This document shows positions 1-8,563 of a DNA stretch of 32,000 bases, piece after piece. This DNA comes from Candidatus Velamenicoccus archaeovorus (GTDB lineage: Bacteria > Omnitrophota > Gorgyraeia > Velamenicoccales > Velamenicoccaceae): the NCBI RefSeq assembly GCF_004102945.1, contig NZ_CP019384.1, forward strand, positions 1,470,001 to 1,502,000, written 5' to 3'. A model generated the notes under the pieces. The model worked only from the letters and a program-made list of their open reading frames with translations. It was not told the origin of the DNA and did no database searches. A program made the translations under genes and the position numbers. The stretch's first letter is position 1. Every line of letters starts with the position of its first letter.

Positions 1-230
1 CTTTTCAAATCCTGGGAGACATACGTCCGCAACTTGACCAATCCCTTATTGGACGTATAAGACGTATATCCTTCTTCTATGGAATAAATAGCGCTCTCGC
101 GGATATGCCAAGGCGTGACAAAATCCGGCTCGCCCACCCCCAGGGAAATAACATCCTTCATGCCGAGAACCAGGTCAAAAAAGACCCGGATCCCCGACGG
201 AGGCATCACCTGCACTTTATGGGAAACCAT
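1..230 (-). CDS. Class I/II (AspC-type) aminotransferase, N-terminal ~76 codons only; the gene runs off the left edge
   Basis: Own reverse-strand translation from the ATG at 230-228 gives MVSHKVQVMPPSGIRVFFDLVLGMKDVISLGVGEPDFVTPWHIRESAIYSIEEGYTSYTSNKGL... The PSGIR and GxGEPDF motifs are typical of this family. Not in the supplied ORF track. Confidence 0.8.
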   Translation of the reverse strand, partial: MVSHKVQVMPPSGIRVFFDLVLGMKDVISLGVGEPDFVTPWHIRESAIYSIEEGYTSYTSNKGLVKLRTYVSQDLK

Positions 231-273
231 TGTTTTTTTCATGCTTTTTTGAGAAGTTTTAAATTCATCATAG

Positions 274-390
274 TTCAATCACCAATACCCAATATCCAAT
301 CATCAAACAAAAAACATTGTTTGGTTATTGGCTTTTGGTGATTGGTCATTGCCTGGTTATTGTATCTTGGTGTTTGGTTATTTCTTGAAC
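274..390. repeat. Heptamer-phased CAAT/TTGG imperfect palindrome
   Basis: caat starts at 276, 283, 290 and 297. ttgg starts at 321, 328, 335, 342, 367 and 374. The arms are inverted around caaacaaaaaacattgtttgg. Confidence 0.8.
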
Positions 391-406
391 AAAAGCCAGT
401 ACCTTC

Positions 407-464
407 CCTGGCCTTGTCCTCGGCCTGTGCCCTTCGGGCAAGGCCAGGGGCAGGCCGAGGACAA
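407..464. repeat. GC-rich interleaved inverted-repeat element, copy 1
   Basis: cctggccttg (407-416) pairs with caaggccagg (439-448). ttgtcctcggcctg (414-427) pairs with caggccgaggacaa (451-464). Order A-B-A'-B'. Starts 19 nt after the Lrp stop. Confidence 0.8.
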
Positions 465-482
465 AGACAGACATCTTGGCGC

Positions 483-968
483 TTAATACGAGATGGCCAA
501 GCGTCTGTCTTCTTCGGCGCATTTCAAAATGATCCCGTCTTCTTTGTATTTTTTCAGCAGAAAATGAGTCACCGTGCCCCGCACGTTCTCCATAGGCGAA
601 AGCTTTTCGGAGACGAACCTCGAGACGGTCTTTAAGTCCCTTCCTTCCACCACCAAAAGAAGATCGTAACTGCCCGAGAGAAGATAACAGCTCTTGACCT
701 CCGGGAAACTGTAGATGCGCTCGGCAACCTTATCGAATCCCAGGTCTTTCTGCGGCGCCACCTTGACCTCGATGAGCGCGCGGACCTCGCTCTCTTTGTC
801 CTTGACCAGCTCTTTATTGACGACGGCGCGATATCCCAGAAGGATGCCCTCCTTCTCGTATCTCTTGATGCGCTTTCTGACCTCATCAACCTTGATCCTG
901 GCCAATTTTGATATTTCTTGAGGCGTGATCCTGGCGTCTTTCTGCAACAATTCAAGGATTACATCCAT
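483..968 (-). CDS. Lrp/AsnC family transcriptional regulator
   Basis: 161 aa. N-terminal HTH (LDxxDxxILxLLQKDARITxxEIS pattern) and a C-terminal RAM/AsnC_trans_reg-like domain (CYLLSGSYDLLLVVEGRDL). Confidence 0.9.
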   Translation of the reverse strand: MDVILELLQKDARITPQEISKLARIKVDEVRKRIKRYEKEGILLGYRAVVNKELVKDKESEVRALIEVKVAPQKDLGFDKVAERIYSFPEVKSCYLLSGSYDLLLVVEGRDLKTVSRFVSEKLSPMENVRGTVTHFLLKKYKEDGIILKCAEEDRRLAISY

Positions 969-1061
969 ACGATCCCCCTTGGCTCATCAACATGCAACAA
1001 ATACATTATCTGGAGCCCTCGCCCGCCGCTTACGGTGGGCAGGGGCAACGTCCCCCTCCAC

Positions 1062-1102
1062 CATAGTTGTGTCTGCGGCTAAAACCAGCAGACACAACTA
1101 TG
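1062..1102. other. Perfect 15-bp hairpin in a 300-bp gene-free gap
   Basis: catagttgtgtctgc-(11 nt)-gcagacacaactatg. No adjacent U/T tract on either strand. Confidence 0.7.
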
Positions 1103-1268
1103 ATAAATGGGATTAAGCCTCAAAAGCGCGTTAATCCTTCCTTGCGGGCGCACCCATCAGAGAACACGTTCTCTGACGGGGCTTCCAAATTTTAACACCT
1201 GCTCTTAAGCCTTACAAGCGATTTTTGGAAGACGAAAATACGGCATAGCTCCCCACCTTTTTCGGGCA

Positions 1269-1964
1269 TCAAAGGCTTCTCATGCAGCGGACAAACCCCT
1301 CGTAGATATCCTTCGCCTGGGCGTCAAAAGCAACCTTTAAATGTTCGTAAGTCTCCCTTATCCCCGGTCGGCTCTCCGGCCGATCATCCCGGAACCACGA
1401 AGAAAGCATGGACCCGTCCACTTCCACATGAAACTGGAACCCCCATGCCGCATCCTGAAATGAAAATGCCTGATGAATACCGTTACCTTGAGCCAGTAAG
1501 ACGCCACCCGCAGGCAATTCAAATGTATCTTCATGCCACTGAAAGACTTTCGTCCTGACATCGAAGTTTTTCATCAATGGGTCGTCTTTGGCAGCGCCGG
1601 TCAAATCCAAGCCATACCAACCTATTTCCCTGGCCGGAGATTTTTTGACGCGGCCTCCAAGACTGACGGCGACAAGCTGTGCGCCGAGACAAATCCCTAA
1701 CACCGGGATTTTTTGCATCACGAGCTCCCGGATAAGATATCTCTCCACGGTCAGGAAAGGATATTTCTCTTCCTCGTAGACATTCATGAGGCCCCCCATG
1801 ATGACGACGCCCCCTATATCCGAAAGATCCAGCGGGCACAAGCCGGCTCCGTTGTCTTTCCAGACATCCACCACATCATATCCGATTTTGTTCTCGGAAA
1901 GGTAAGTCCCCAGCGTGCCCGGGCCTTCGTTGTCGATGTGCTTGATGATGAGAATTTTTTTCAT
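1269..1964 (-). CDS. Class I glutamine amidotransferase-like protein
   Basis: Start trimmed to MKKILIIKH (ATG at 1964, preceded by GGGGAGG). Nucleophile elbow GICLGAQL and an FQFHVE His/Glu pair. Confidence 0.85.
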   Translation of the reverse strand: MKKILIIKHIDNEGPGTLGTYLSENKIGYDVVDVWKDNGAGLCPLDLSDIGGVVIMGGLMNVYEEEKYPFLTVERYLIRELVMQKIPVLGICLGAQLVAVSLGGRVKKSPAREIGWYGLDLTGAAKDDPLMKNFDVRTKVFQWHEDTFELPAGGVLLAQGNGIHQAFSFQDAAWGFQFHVEVDGSMLSSWFRDDRPESRPGIRETYEHLKVAFDAQAKDIYEGFVRCMRSL

Positions 1965-2106
1965 AAAACCTCCCCTGCGAAACACCAAAAAACCTGTTAC
2001 AAAAAACCCTCTCATTCATCAAGGCATCACTGCCTTAATCAACAAGAGGGCATCTTTACCCTTCGGGAATTTCTAATTTTTAATTACCAATGACCAATAC
2101 CATTTT

Positions 2107-3786
2107 TTAACGGTATTTATTTGTTATAGGCATCCGCCGGTCTTTGCCGAACGCCTTGGGACTGATCTTGATGCCGGGCGCCGACTGCCTGCGCTTATAC
2201 TCGTTGAAATCCACCATACGCACGACGCCTGCCGCCAGCTTCCCGTCGATGCCTGCCGCGACGATCTCCTGGATCCCCTTGTCCTCCTCGACATATAGCT
2301 TCAAGACAGGATCCAGAACGTCGTACGGCGGCAAGGTATCCGCATCTTTCTGGTTAAGCCTGAGTTCAGCTGTCGGCGCTTTCGTCAGAACGCGCCCGGG
2401 GATCACCCCCCGGCCGGCCGCTTTGTTCTTGTATTCCGCCAGACGGTAAACGAGCGTCTTGGGCACGTCTTTGATGGCGCCGAATCCGCCCGCCATATCG
2501 CCGTAGAGCGTGCAGTAGCCGCAAGAGACCTCCGACTTATTCCCCGTATTGACGGCGAGATATCCGAATTTATTGGATATGGCCATAATGATGTTGCCGC
2601 GGATGCGCGCCTGGAGGTTCTCCTCTGTGATGTCCGGCGCCTTGCCGGCAAAAACACCGCCGAGTTCCGCAAGATAGGCCTCGAGGATCTTCTGGATGGG
2701 AATCTCTGCGGTCTTGATATTCAGATTCTGCGCCAGGAGCCGCGCATCTTCGCCGGACTCCTGTGACGTGTAGGCCGACGGCATCAAAACACCCAAAACA
2801 TTCTCGCTGCCGATGGCGTCTGCGGCCATCGCCGCCACAAGGGACGAATCGATACCGCCGCTTAACCCCAAAACGATTTTCTTAAAACCGTTCTTGAGCA
2901 CATAATCCTTCAAGCCCAGGACAAGGGCCCCATAGACTTCTTCTTCGATGGTGTTCGGCGGCACAGCGACATGCGGTCCCAGCGGCGGCTTGTCTTCCCC
3001 GGCTCCTGCGATCATGATGGCGGGTTTTCTGGAAACGACAGGCAATTCAATGTCGCGAACAAGAAGCTCCTCTTCGAACGCCCGGCCCTGCGCAACCACG
3101 CGCCCCTTATCGTCGACGATCAGGCTCTGGCCGTCGAAAACCAACTCATCCTGGCCGCCGACCAGGTTGGTGTAGGCGATAAAAACGCCGTTGCGCCTGG
3201 CCTGTTTTTTAAGGATCCGGCGGCGCATCTCGCCCTTGCCCATATGATACGGCGAGGCGTTGATGTTGACGATCAACCTGGCCCCGCGATAGGCCTGGAT
3301 CCCCGCCGGGCCGTCCAAGTGCCAGATGTCTTCGCAGATATTGACCCCGAAAGATGTCCGGCCCAGCCCGAAGACGGGGAATGTGTCGCCGGCGGCGAAA
3401 TAACGCATCTCATCGAAAACGCCGTAGTTCGGCAGAAAAACCTTGTGATAGACATCCACGATCCGCCCGCGGGAAAGGACGGCCGCTGCGTTATAGATCC
3501 TGTTTTTCTTCCGGTCGACAAATCCGACGATTGCCGTGATGTCTCCCGTCGCGCGGGCGGCGGCTTTGAGGGCCGCGAGGTTGTCGTCGATAAACTGGGA
3601 TTTGAAAAGAAGATCTTCGGGCGGATAGCCGGTGATGCAAAGCTCGGGAAACGAAACTATGTCCGCCCCGGCCCTGAGGGCCTTTTGGATCCAGGCGGCT
3701 ATTTTTGCGGCATTACCCGCAAGATCGCCTACGACAGGATTGACCTGTGCCAGCGCTATCCGGATTTTCTGGGTTTTTTCAGGCAT
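2107..3786 (-). CDS. nadE: Glutamine-dependent NAD+ synthetase
   Basis: 559 aa. N-terminal CN-hydrolase domain (FPELCITGYPPEDL) and a C-terminal NAD synthetase domain with the SGGIDS PP-loop. Confidence 0.95.
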   Translation of the reverse strand: MPEKTQKIRIALAQVNPVVGDLAGNAAKIAAWIQKALRAGADIVSFPELCITGYPPEDLLFKSQFIDDNLAALKAAARATGDITAIVGFVDRKKNRIYNAAAVLSRGRIVDVYHKVFLPNYGVFDEMRYFAAGDTFPVFGLGRTSFGVNICEDIWHLDGPAGIQAYRGARLIVNINASPYHMGKGEMRRRILKKQARRNGVFIAYTNLVGGQDELVFDGQSLIVDDKGRVVAQGRAFEEELLVRDIELPVVSRKPAIMIAGAGEDKPPLGPHVAVPPNTIEEEVYGALVLGLKDYVLKNGFKKIVLGLSGGIDSSLVAAMAADAIGSENVLGVLMPSAYTSQESGEDARLLAQNLNIKTAEIPIQKILEAYLAELGGVFAGKAPDITEENLQARIRGNIIMAISNKFGYLAVNTGNKSEVSCGYCTLYGDMAGGFGAIKDVPKTLVYRLAEYKNKAAGRGVIPGRVLTKAPTAELRLNQKDADTLPPYDVLDPVLKLYVEEDKGIQEIVAAGIDGKLAAGVVRMVDFNEYKRRQSAPGIKISPKAFGKDRRMPITNKYR

Positions 3787-3811
3787 GATACGCCCCGCAA
3801 GATCAATAGTG

Positions 3812-4519
3812 CTATATCTTGCTCTTCATGTCGTGGCTCAGGACGATCGCCTCGGCGACCTGACGCATGGACTTGCGGTTATCCATGCTGTACTTTTGAA
3901 GCAGACGGTAAGCGTCGGCCTCCCCCAGCGACCGTTCCTTCATCAGGATGCCCTTGGCCCTCTCAACGATCTTGCGGGATTCGAGCTCTTCCTGGATGAC
4001 CTTGGTCTTGACCATGAGTTCGGTGTTCTCGATGACCAATGCCGCCTGGGCAGCGACCGACGAAAGAAGATCGATCTCGCCCTTGGTGAACTTATGGGGC
4101 TCGGAGGTATAAAGGTTCAGGACGCCGATGACCTTGCCCTTAACATTCATAGGAACGCACAAATAGGAACAAATATTCTCCTGCTTGGCGATCTCCTTGT
4201 ATTTGTACTGGGGCTCAGCCTGGACGTCGTAGACGGCAACCGCCTTGTTTTCCTTGGCCACGCGGCCGCTGATGCCTTCGCCCAGCTTCACGGGTTGTTT
4301 CTTTGTGTAGCCTTCGGAAACCGTCTGCGTGGCGCGGATCACCAGCTCTCCCTTGTCGTTCAACAACATGAGCGAACAAAGCTTGGATCCCATGCTCTGC
4401 GCCGTCACGGAAACGATCAATTTCAGGATGTCTTCAAGATAAAGGTCGGATGTGATGGCCTTGCTGATCTTCGACAGGGCCGTTAAGTGCAGTGTTTTTC
4501 TTGCCATGCTTTCCTCCAC
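3812..4519 (-). CDS. GAF domain plus ANTAR RNA-binding antiterminator-type regulator
   Basis: 235 aa. GAF-like N-terminal two thirds and a C-terminal ANTAR signature (ELESRKIVERAKGILMKERSLGEADAYRLLQKYSMDNRKSMRQVAEAIV). The start could be 4519 or 4507. Confidence 0.8.
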   Translation of the reverse strand: MEESMARKTLHLTALSKISKAITSDLYLEDILKLIVSVTAQSMGSKLCSLMLLNDKGELVIRATQTVSEGYTKKQPVKLGEGISGRVAKENKAVAVYDVQAEPQYKYKEIAKQENICSYLCVPMNVKGKVIGVLNLYTSEPHKFTKGEIDLLSSVAAQAALVIENTELMVKTKVIQEELESRKIVERAKGILMKERSLGEADAYRLLQKYSMDNRKSMRQVAEAIVLSHDMKSKI

Positions 4520-5210
4520 AGGCTTTCACGCAGATGCCGCAGATATATTGTCCGACGACATTCTCGCGCTGGAAGCCCTTGAGTTTCTCAAAACATTCCA
4601 AATGGCCGAAATTTTCGCAATTGTCCCGGATGGCTCCGACCGGGCAGGCCGCGACACAGGCCCGGCAGGGCCCGCATCCGCGCCGCAGCGGACGGTCCGC
4701 CTTCAGCCGGAAATCCGTCAGGATCGTCACTAATCTGAACTGCGCACCATAGCGCTCTGAAACAAGAAGATTGTTCCTTCCGATCCACCCCAACCCCGCC
4801 AATTGCCCGATTTTCTTGTGCGAAAGGTGCGCGCTCTGTTTCTGCCAATCGAGGATCTGCGATGCCGGAATGGGAAGCGCCGCCGCCCCTTTGTTCTGGA
4901 GCCACCGGCATACCGAAAAGGCCGTCTGATCCAAAAACATGTTGGCTGTCCGGTAGTGATGGAAATACAACTTGGTTGGCTGCGCTTCGATTTCTGAGAG
5001 GATGGGGCCGGATAACGCGACCCCGAGACAAACGGCCTTGTTTAGTCCCTTTTTAACATCCTCAACGAGCTCAAACTCGTCTTTGATGTTTGAGACATCC
5101 GCCACTCCAAAAAGATCCGCCCCCTGCAGGCGGCAGAACTTTTTTAAAGTACGGTAATTCCAGATTTCAGAAAACACGTTAATATCTTTATATGGCCGGG
5201 CTGCTTTCAT
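4434..5210 (-). CDS. QueG-like (epoxyqueuosine reductase family) 4Fe-4S protein
   Basis: 258 aa. Motifs AGLGWIGRNNLLVSERYG, CGPCRACVAACPVGAI and CGICVKAC. Shorter than a typical QueG, so the function is tentative. Its 3' end overlaps the next gene by about 86 nt. Confidence 0.6.
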   Translation of the reverse strand: MKAARPYKDINVFSEIWNYRTLKKFCRLQGADLFGVADVSNIKDEFELVEDVKKGLNKAVCLGVALSGPILSEIEAQPTKLYFHHYRTANMFLDQTAFSVCRWLQNKGAAALPIPASQILDWQKQSAHLSHKKIGQLAGLGWIGRNNLLVSERYGAQFRLVTILTDFRLKADRPLRRGCGPCRACVAACPVGAIRDNCENFGHLECFEKLKGFQRENVVGQYICGICVKACGGKHGKKNTALNGPVEDQQGHHIRPLS

Positions 5211-5667
5211 CGGCCGGACCGGAGGCCGAAGACCGTATCACGCCGTCAAGATCAATCAGGAAATATCTGGTGCCCGTGATATTCGGCTTGGCGGGTATCG
5301 CCGTGGCATTAAAACCGTCTGCGTCGCCCGAAAGCGTGAAGTTATAGCCCTGCTTTGTGCCCGACGCCAGCGTGCTGTCGATATACTGGGCCCCCGCGGG
5401 ATCGTAAAGATCCGAGAGGTTCGATGGGTAAGAGGTGTGTATCGCCCGGTATGTCACCGAAGCCGCGGACAACGTCTTGAGCGCCGCGACCGCCGCCGCC
5501 TCGTTGGCATTGACGCGTTGACGCAGAATGCCTGGAACACCGATGGAGGCGATGACGATGATCACGGCGATAACAACCATGATCTCAACGAGAGTAAACC
5601 CCACCCGAGAACGCTGCGGCGGCGCTCCGGGAATGAAGCTCTTACGCCTCCCCAAAAACTCCGGCAT
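5188..5667 (-). CDS. Prepilin-type N-terminal cleavage/methylation domain protein (pseudopilin/type IV pilin-like)
   Basis: GFTLVEIMVVIAVIIVIASIG N-terminal motif followed by NANEAAAVAALKTL. Start trimmed to MPEFLG at 5667; the start is uncertain. Confidence 0.7.
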   Translation of the reverse strand: MPEFLGRRKSFIPGAPPQRSRVGFTLVEIMVVIAVIIVIASIGVPGILRQRVNANEAAAVAALKTLSAASVTYRAIHTSYPSNLSDLYDPAGAQYIDSTLASGTKQGYNFTLSGDADGFNATAIPAKPNITGTRYFLIDLDGVIRSSASGPADESSPAI

Positions 5668-5738
5668 TATACACAAAACTTGCCGTTGTCTCTCTGACAG
5701 AACAAGGCCTCCGAAGTGCCGAATTCCCGAAACCTCCA

Positions 5739-6401
5739 TCATGCCGTCCGACCCTCTCTTTCGCTGTTGCGTCTAATGATAATATTAAAACACAAGAGGC
5801 CTGAAAAAACCACAAAAAGAATTATCCCCCAAAGAGTTGCGGCCGTAACCCCTTCCCTTTTAACAAATAAAGAAAACCACAAAAAGAGAAAAACAGCCAA
5901 AAGCAAAAATCCGCAGACACGGATAAACTCTCCGTTCTTGAAAGACTGCCTTATATCAAAAGGCCGGATGTCGGCCTTGCTGTACCTGCGCGGGGCTGGG
6001 AACATCATCGGCACACTCCTTAAATACTCGCGATAGGCGGCGCCGAATTTCTCCTCCAGGACTTGTTGTTCCTCCCGGATGGTCCCGGCATAGAGAATCA
6101 AAAAACCCAGGAAATAATACAACAAGAGCCACATGTTGTTGGCAACGATCACAACGCCCAATCCTACGATAAAATTGCCCAGATAGAGCGGATTGCGCAC
6201 ATACGCATAAGGCCCGGCCGTCGTCAAAACCCTGGATTTAGAAATGTAGCCGCTCGCCCAGAACCGCACACCGAGCCCCACAAGCTCGACGGCGATGCCT
6301 ACCCACAGGGACACATCGGTGATACGGGCCAAAAAAGGATACACAAGGAACAGGGGATACACCAGCCACAGCCGCAATTTTTTAAAACGGATCTTCTGCA
6401 T
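5739..6401 (-). CDS. Membrane methyltransferase of the ICMT/PEMT-like family
   Basis: 220 aa, multi-[17 protein letters not shown] motif and a C-terminal EEQ..LEEKFG..Y..Y pattern typical of isoprenylcysteine carboxyl methyltransferase-like proteins. Confidence 0.65.
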   Translation of the reverse strand: MQKIRFKKLRLWLVYPLFLVYPFLARITDVSLWVGIAVELVGLGVRFWASGYISKSRVLTTAGPYAYVRNPLYLGNFIVGLGVVIVANNMWLLLYYFLGFLILYAGTIREEQQVLEEKFGAAYREYLRSVPMMFPAPRRYSKADIRPFDIRQSFKNGEFIRVCGFLLLAVFLFLWFSLFVKREGVTAATLWGIILFVVFSGLLCFNIIIRRNSEREGRTA

Positions 6402-8277
6402 GGGCGTCCTTTTCTTTTTGTAGTTTGGCGATCATGACCATCAACAGCGAGACAGCCGCCGGCGTCACACCGGAGATACGGGAAGCCTGTCCAAGGGAGA
6501 CCGGCCTGAATTTCTTCAGTTTCTCGACGATCTCCGTAGAAAGCCCCCTCACCGCGGCATAATCCATATCCTGCGGGATACGTATGTTCTCGGTTTTCTT
6601 GAAACGCTCCACCTCATCCGCCTGGCGCCGGATGAACCCTTCATATTTGACTTCCGTCTCGACCTGCGCGTCCAGCTGCGGCGTCAGGAACGGAAGGTTG
6701 TCGTCGATATGGTTCATCTTCCTGACGTGCGCAAAAGTGATCTGCGGCCGCCGCAGCAGCTCTTCCAGGCTCACCGTGCCCTCCAAAGGCGACGTCCCCA
6801 GCGTTTCAAGATACGGATTGGCTTCGGCGGCCCCAAGCTTTGTGGCACGCAGGTAGGCGATCGCCTCCCCGATCCGGCGCTTCTTGTCCTCGACGGCCTG
6901 ATAGGCCGCCTCGTCCAATAGGCCGATGCGGCGGCCGCGCGCCGACAGGCGCAGGTCGGCATTGTCCTGGCGCAAAATGAGACGATACTCCACACGTGAA
7001 GTAAACATCCGGTAGGGCTCCTGGGTGCCTTTGGTCGTCAGATCGTCGATGAGAACGCCGATATAGGCCTCATCCCTCGAAAGGATGAAAGCCCCCTTTC
7101 CCTGAACCCGCAGGGCGGCGTTGATGCCAGCGACGAGCCCCTGGGCCGCCGCCTCTTCATATCCTGTCGTGCCATTGATCTGCCCAGCCAGAAAAAGATT
7201 GCGGTAGAGTTTTGTCTCGAGCGTCGGGAACAATTGGGTGGGGTCGACATAATCATATTCAATGCCGTAGCCGGGCCTCATCATCCGCGCCCGCTCAAGC
7301 CCCTTGATCGAATGGACCATCTCCATCTGGACGTCCACGGGCAGGCTGGTCGAGATGCCGTTCGGATAGACCTCAACGGTATCGAACCCTTCGGGCTCCA
7401 GGAATATCTGGTGCCTGTCGCGGTCGGCAAACCGCACGACCTTGTCTTCGATGGAGGGGCAATAGCGCACGCCCGTCGACGTGATTTTTCCCGTATAAAG
7501 TGGAGAACGGTCCAGCCCGCAACGGATGATCTCATGCGTCCGCGAATTCGTAAAGGTCACATAGCACGGTTTCTGCATCACCTCAAGCGACGGCGTCCGG
7601 AAAGAGAAAGGCGATGGGGGCTCGTCGCCGTCCTGGCGCTGGAGGGCTTCATAATCAATGCTGCGGGCGTCCAGGCGCGGGCAGGTACCGGTCTTGAAAC
7701 GGCTCACCCGGAAACCGAGGCGTTTGAGATCGTCCGACAGGCCGCTCGACGGCGCCTCGCCCAGGCGGCCGCCGGGAAAATGGGTCAGGCCGATATGGAT
7801 CAAACCGTTCAAAAACGTCCCCGGCGTCACGACAACAGTCTTGGCCTCGAACGATTCCCCTGAAGATGTCTTGACCCCGACGACAACAGGGCCGTCCGTC
7901 AGAAAACCGGTGACTTCGGCCTGCCGCACCTCCAAACGCCCTTGTCTTTCAAGCTCCGTCTTGACATAAGCCTTGTAACGGAACATATCTTCCTGGACCC
8001 GCAAGGAGCGTACCGCAGGCCCCTTGGAGGCGTTGAGCATGCGGAATTGCATACCGCAGGCATCGGCAGCCTTCCCCATCAGGCCGCCCAGGGCATCGAC
8101 TTCGCGAACCAGCTGGGACTTGCCGATGCCGCCGATCGCCGGGTTGCACGACATGGCGCCGATCGCCTCAAGGTTCATCGTCACCAGCAGGACGCGGCAT
8201 CCCATGCGGGATGCGGCATGCGCCGCCTCTGCTCCCGCGTGGCCCGCTCCGACGATAATGACATCATAATGCTTCAT
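6382..8277 (-). CDS. mnmG: tRNA uridine 5-carboxymethylaminomethyl modification enzyme MnmG (GidA)
   Basis: 631 aa. FAD-binding [14 protein letters not shown] and full-length colinear MnmG motifs ([11 protein letters not shown]-like [26 protein letters not shown]). Confidence 0.97.
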   Translation of the reverse strand: MKHYDVIIVGAGHAGAEAAHAASRMGCRVLLVTMNLEAIGAMSCNPAIGGIGKSQLVREVDALGGLMGKAADACGMQFRMLNASKGPAVRSLRVQEDMFRYKAYVKTELERQGRLEVRQAEVTGFLTDGPVVVGVKTSSGESFEAKTVVVTPGTFLNGLIHIGLTHFPGGRLGEAPSSGLSDDLKRLGFRVSRFKTGTCPRLDARSIDYEALQRQDGDEPPSPFSFRTPSLEVMQKPCYVTFTNSRTHEIIRCGLDRSPLYTGKITSTGVRYCPSIEDKVVRFADRDRHQIFLEPEGFDTVEVYPNGISTSLPVDVQMEMVHSIKGLERARMMRPGYGIEYDYVDPTQLFPTLETKLYRNLFLAGQINGTTGYEEAAAQGLVAGINAALRVQGKGAFILSRDEAYIGVLIDDLTTKGTQEPYRMFTSRVEYRLILRQDNADLRLSARGRRIGLLDEAAYQAVEDKKRRIGEAIAYLRATKLGAAEANPYLETLGTSPLEGTVSLEELLRRPQITFAHVRKMNHIDDNLPFLTPQLDAQVETEVKYEGFIRRQADEVERFKKTENIRIPQDMDYAAVRGLSTEIVEKLKKFRPVSLGQASRISGVTPAAVSLLMVMIAKLQKEKDAHAEDPF

Positions 8278-8280
8278 CGG

Positions 8281-8358
8281 TGGAATCCCCCCGGACTTAA
8301 AGCCCAGGGCTCCTTTTTTCTTGGGAACAATTCCCCAAATGATCTTATCGGCTGGCCG
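8281..8358 (-). promoter_or_regulatory. Repeated leader block upstream of mnmG (copy 1)
   Basis: 8309-8357 is 48/49 identical to 13292-13340. Followed by a hairpin and GGGGGGA just before the mnmG ATG. Confidence 0.7.
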
Positions 8359-8417
8359 GGAAGGCTCCCTCCCAGAGGCAACCGTCCTTCATGGCCGGGG
8401 AATTAAATCTCAGAAAA

Positions 8418-8545
8418 AATCCCAAACACCAAATACCAAACTCCAGACAATATTCAAATTCCAACCGGCCAATGGCCAAACTTTTTGTTTGGAAATTTTG
8501 GTTATTGGAATTTGTTTGGGATTTGGAAATTGGGATTTGGGATTT
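8418..8545. repeat. Heptamer-phased CCAA/TTGG imperfect palindrome (about 128 bp)
   Basis: ccaa starts at 8422, 8429, 8436 (and ccag at 8443), 8461, 8469 and 8476. ttgg starts at 8489, 8498, 8505, 8516, 8523, 8530 and 8537. Centre is ccaaactttttgtttgg. Confidence 0.85.
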
Positions 8546-8563
8546 AACTATATTATCCCTTGA

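Noticed and set aside
342-635. ORFs 342-635 (+), 105-341 (+), 14771-15100 (-) and 15605-15868 (-) as genes
   Set aside because: They are translations of the heptamer and GC-rich repeat elements (ARPGAGRGQ-type strings). They overlap better-supported features and lack SDs.
1011-1062. A tRNA-like or tmRNA-like 3' end (GGAG...CTCCACCA)
   Set aside because: There is no T-arm GGTTCGA-type loop and no cloverleaf. The segment is about 52 nt, and nothing upstream resembles a tmRNA 5' end or tag ORF.
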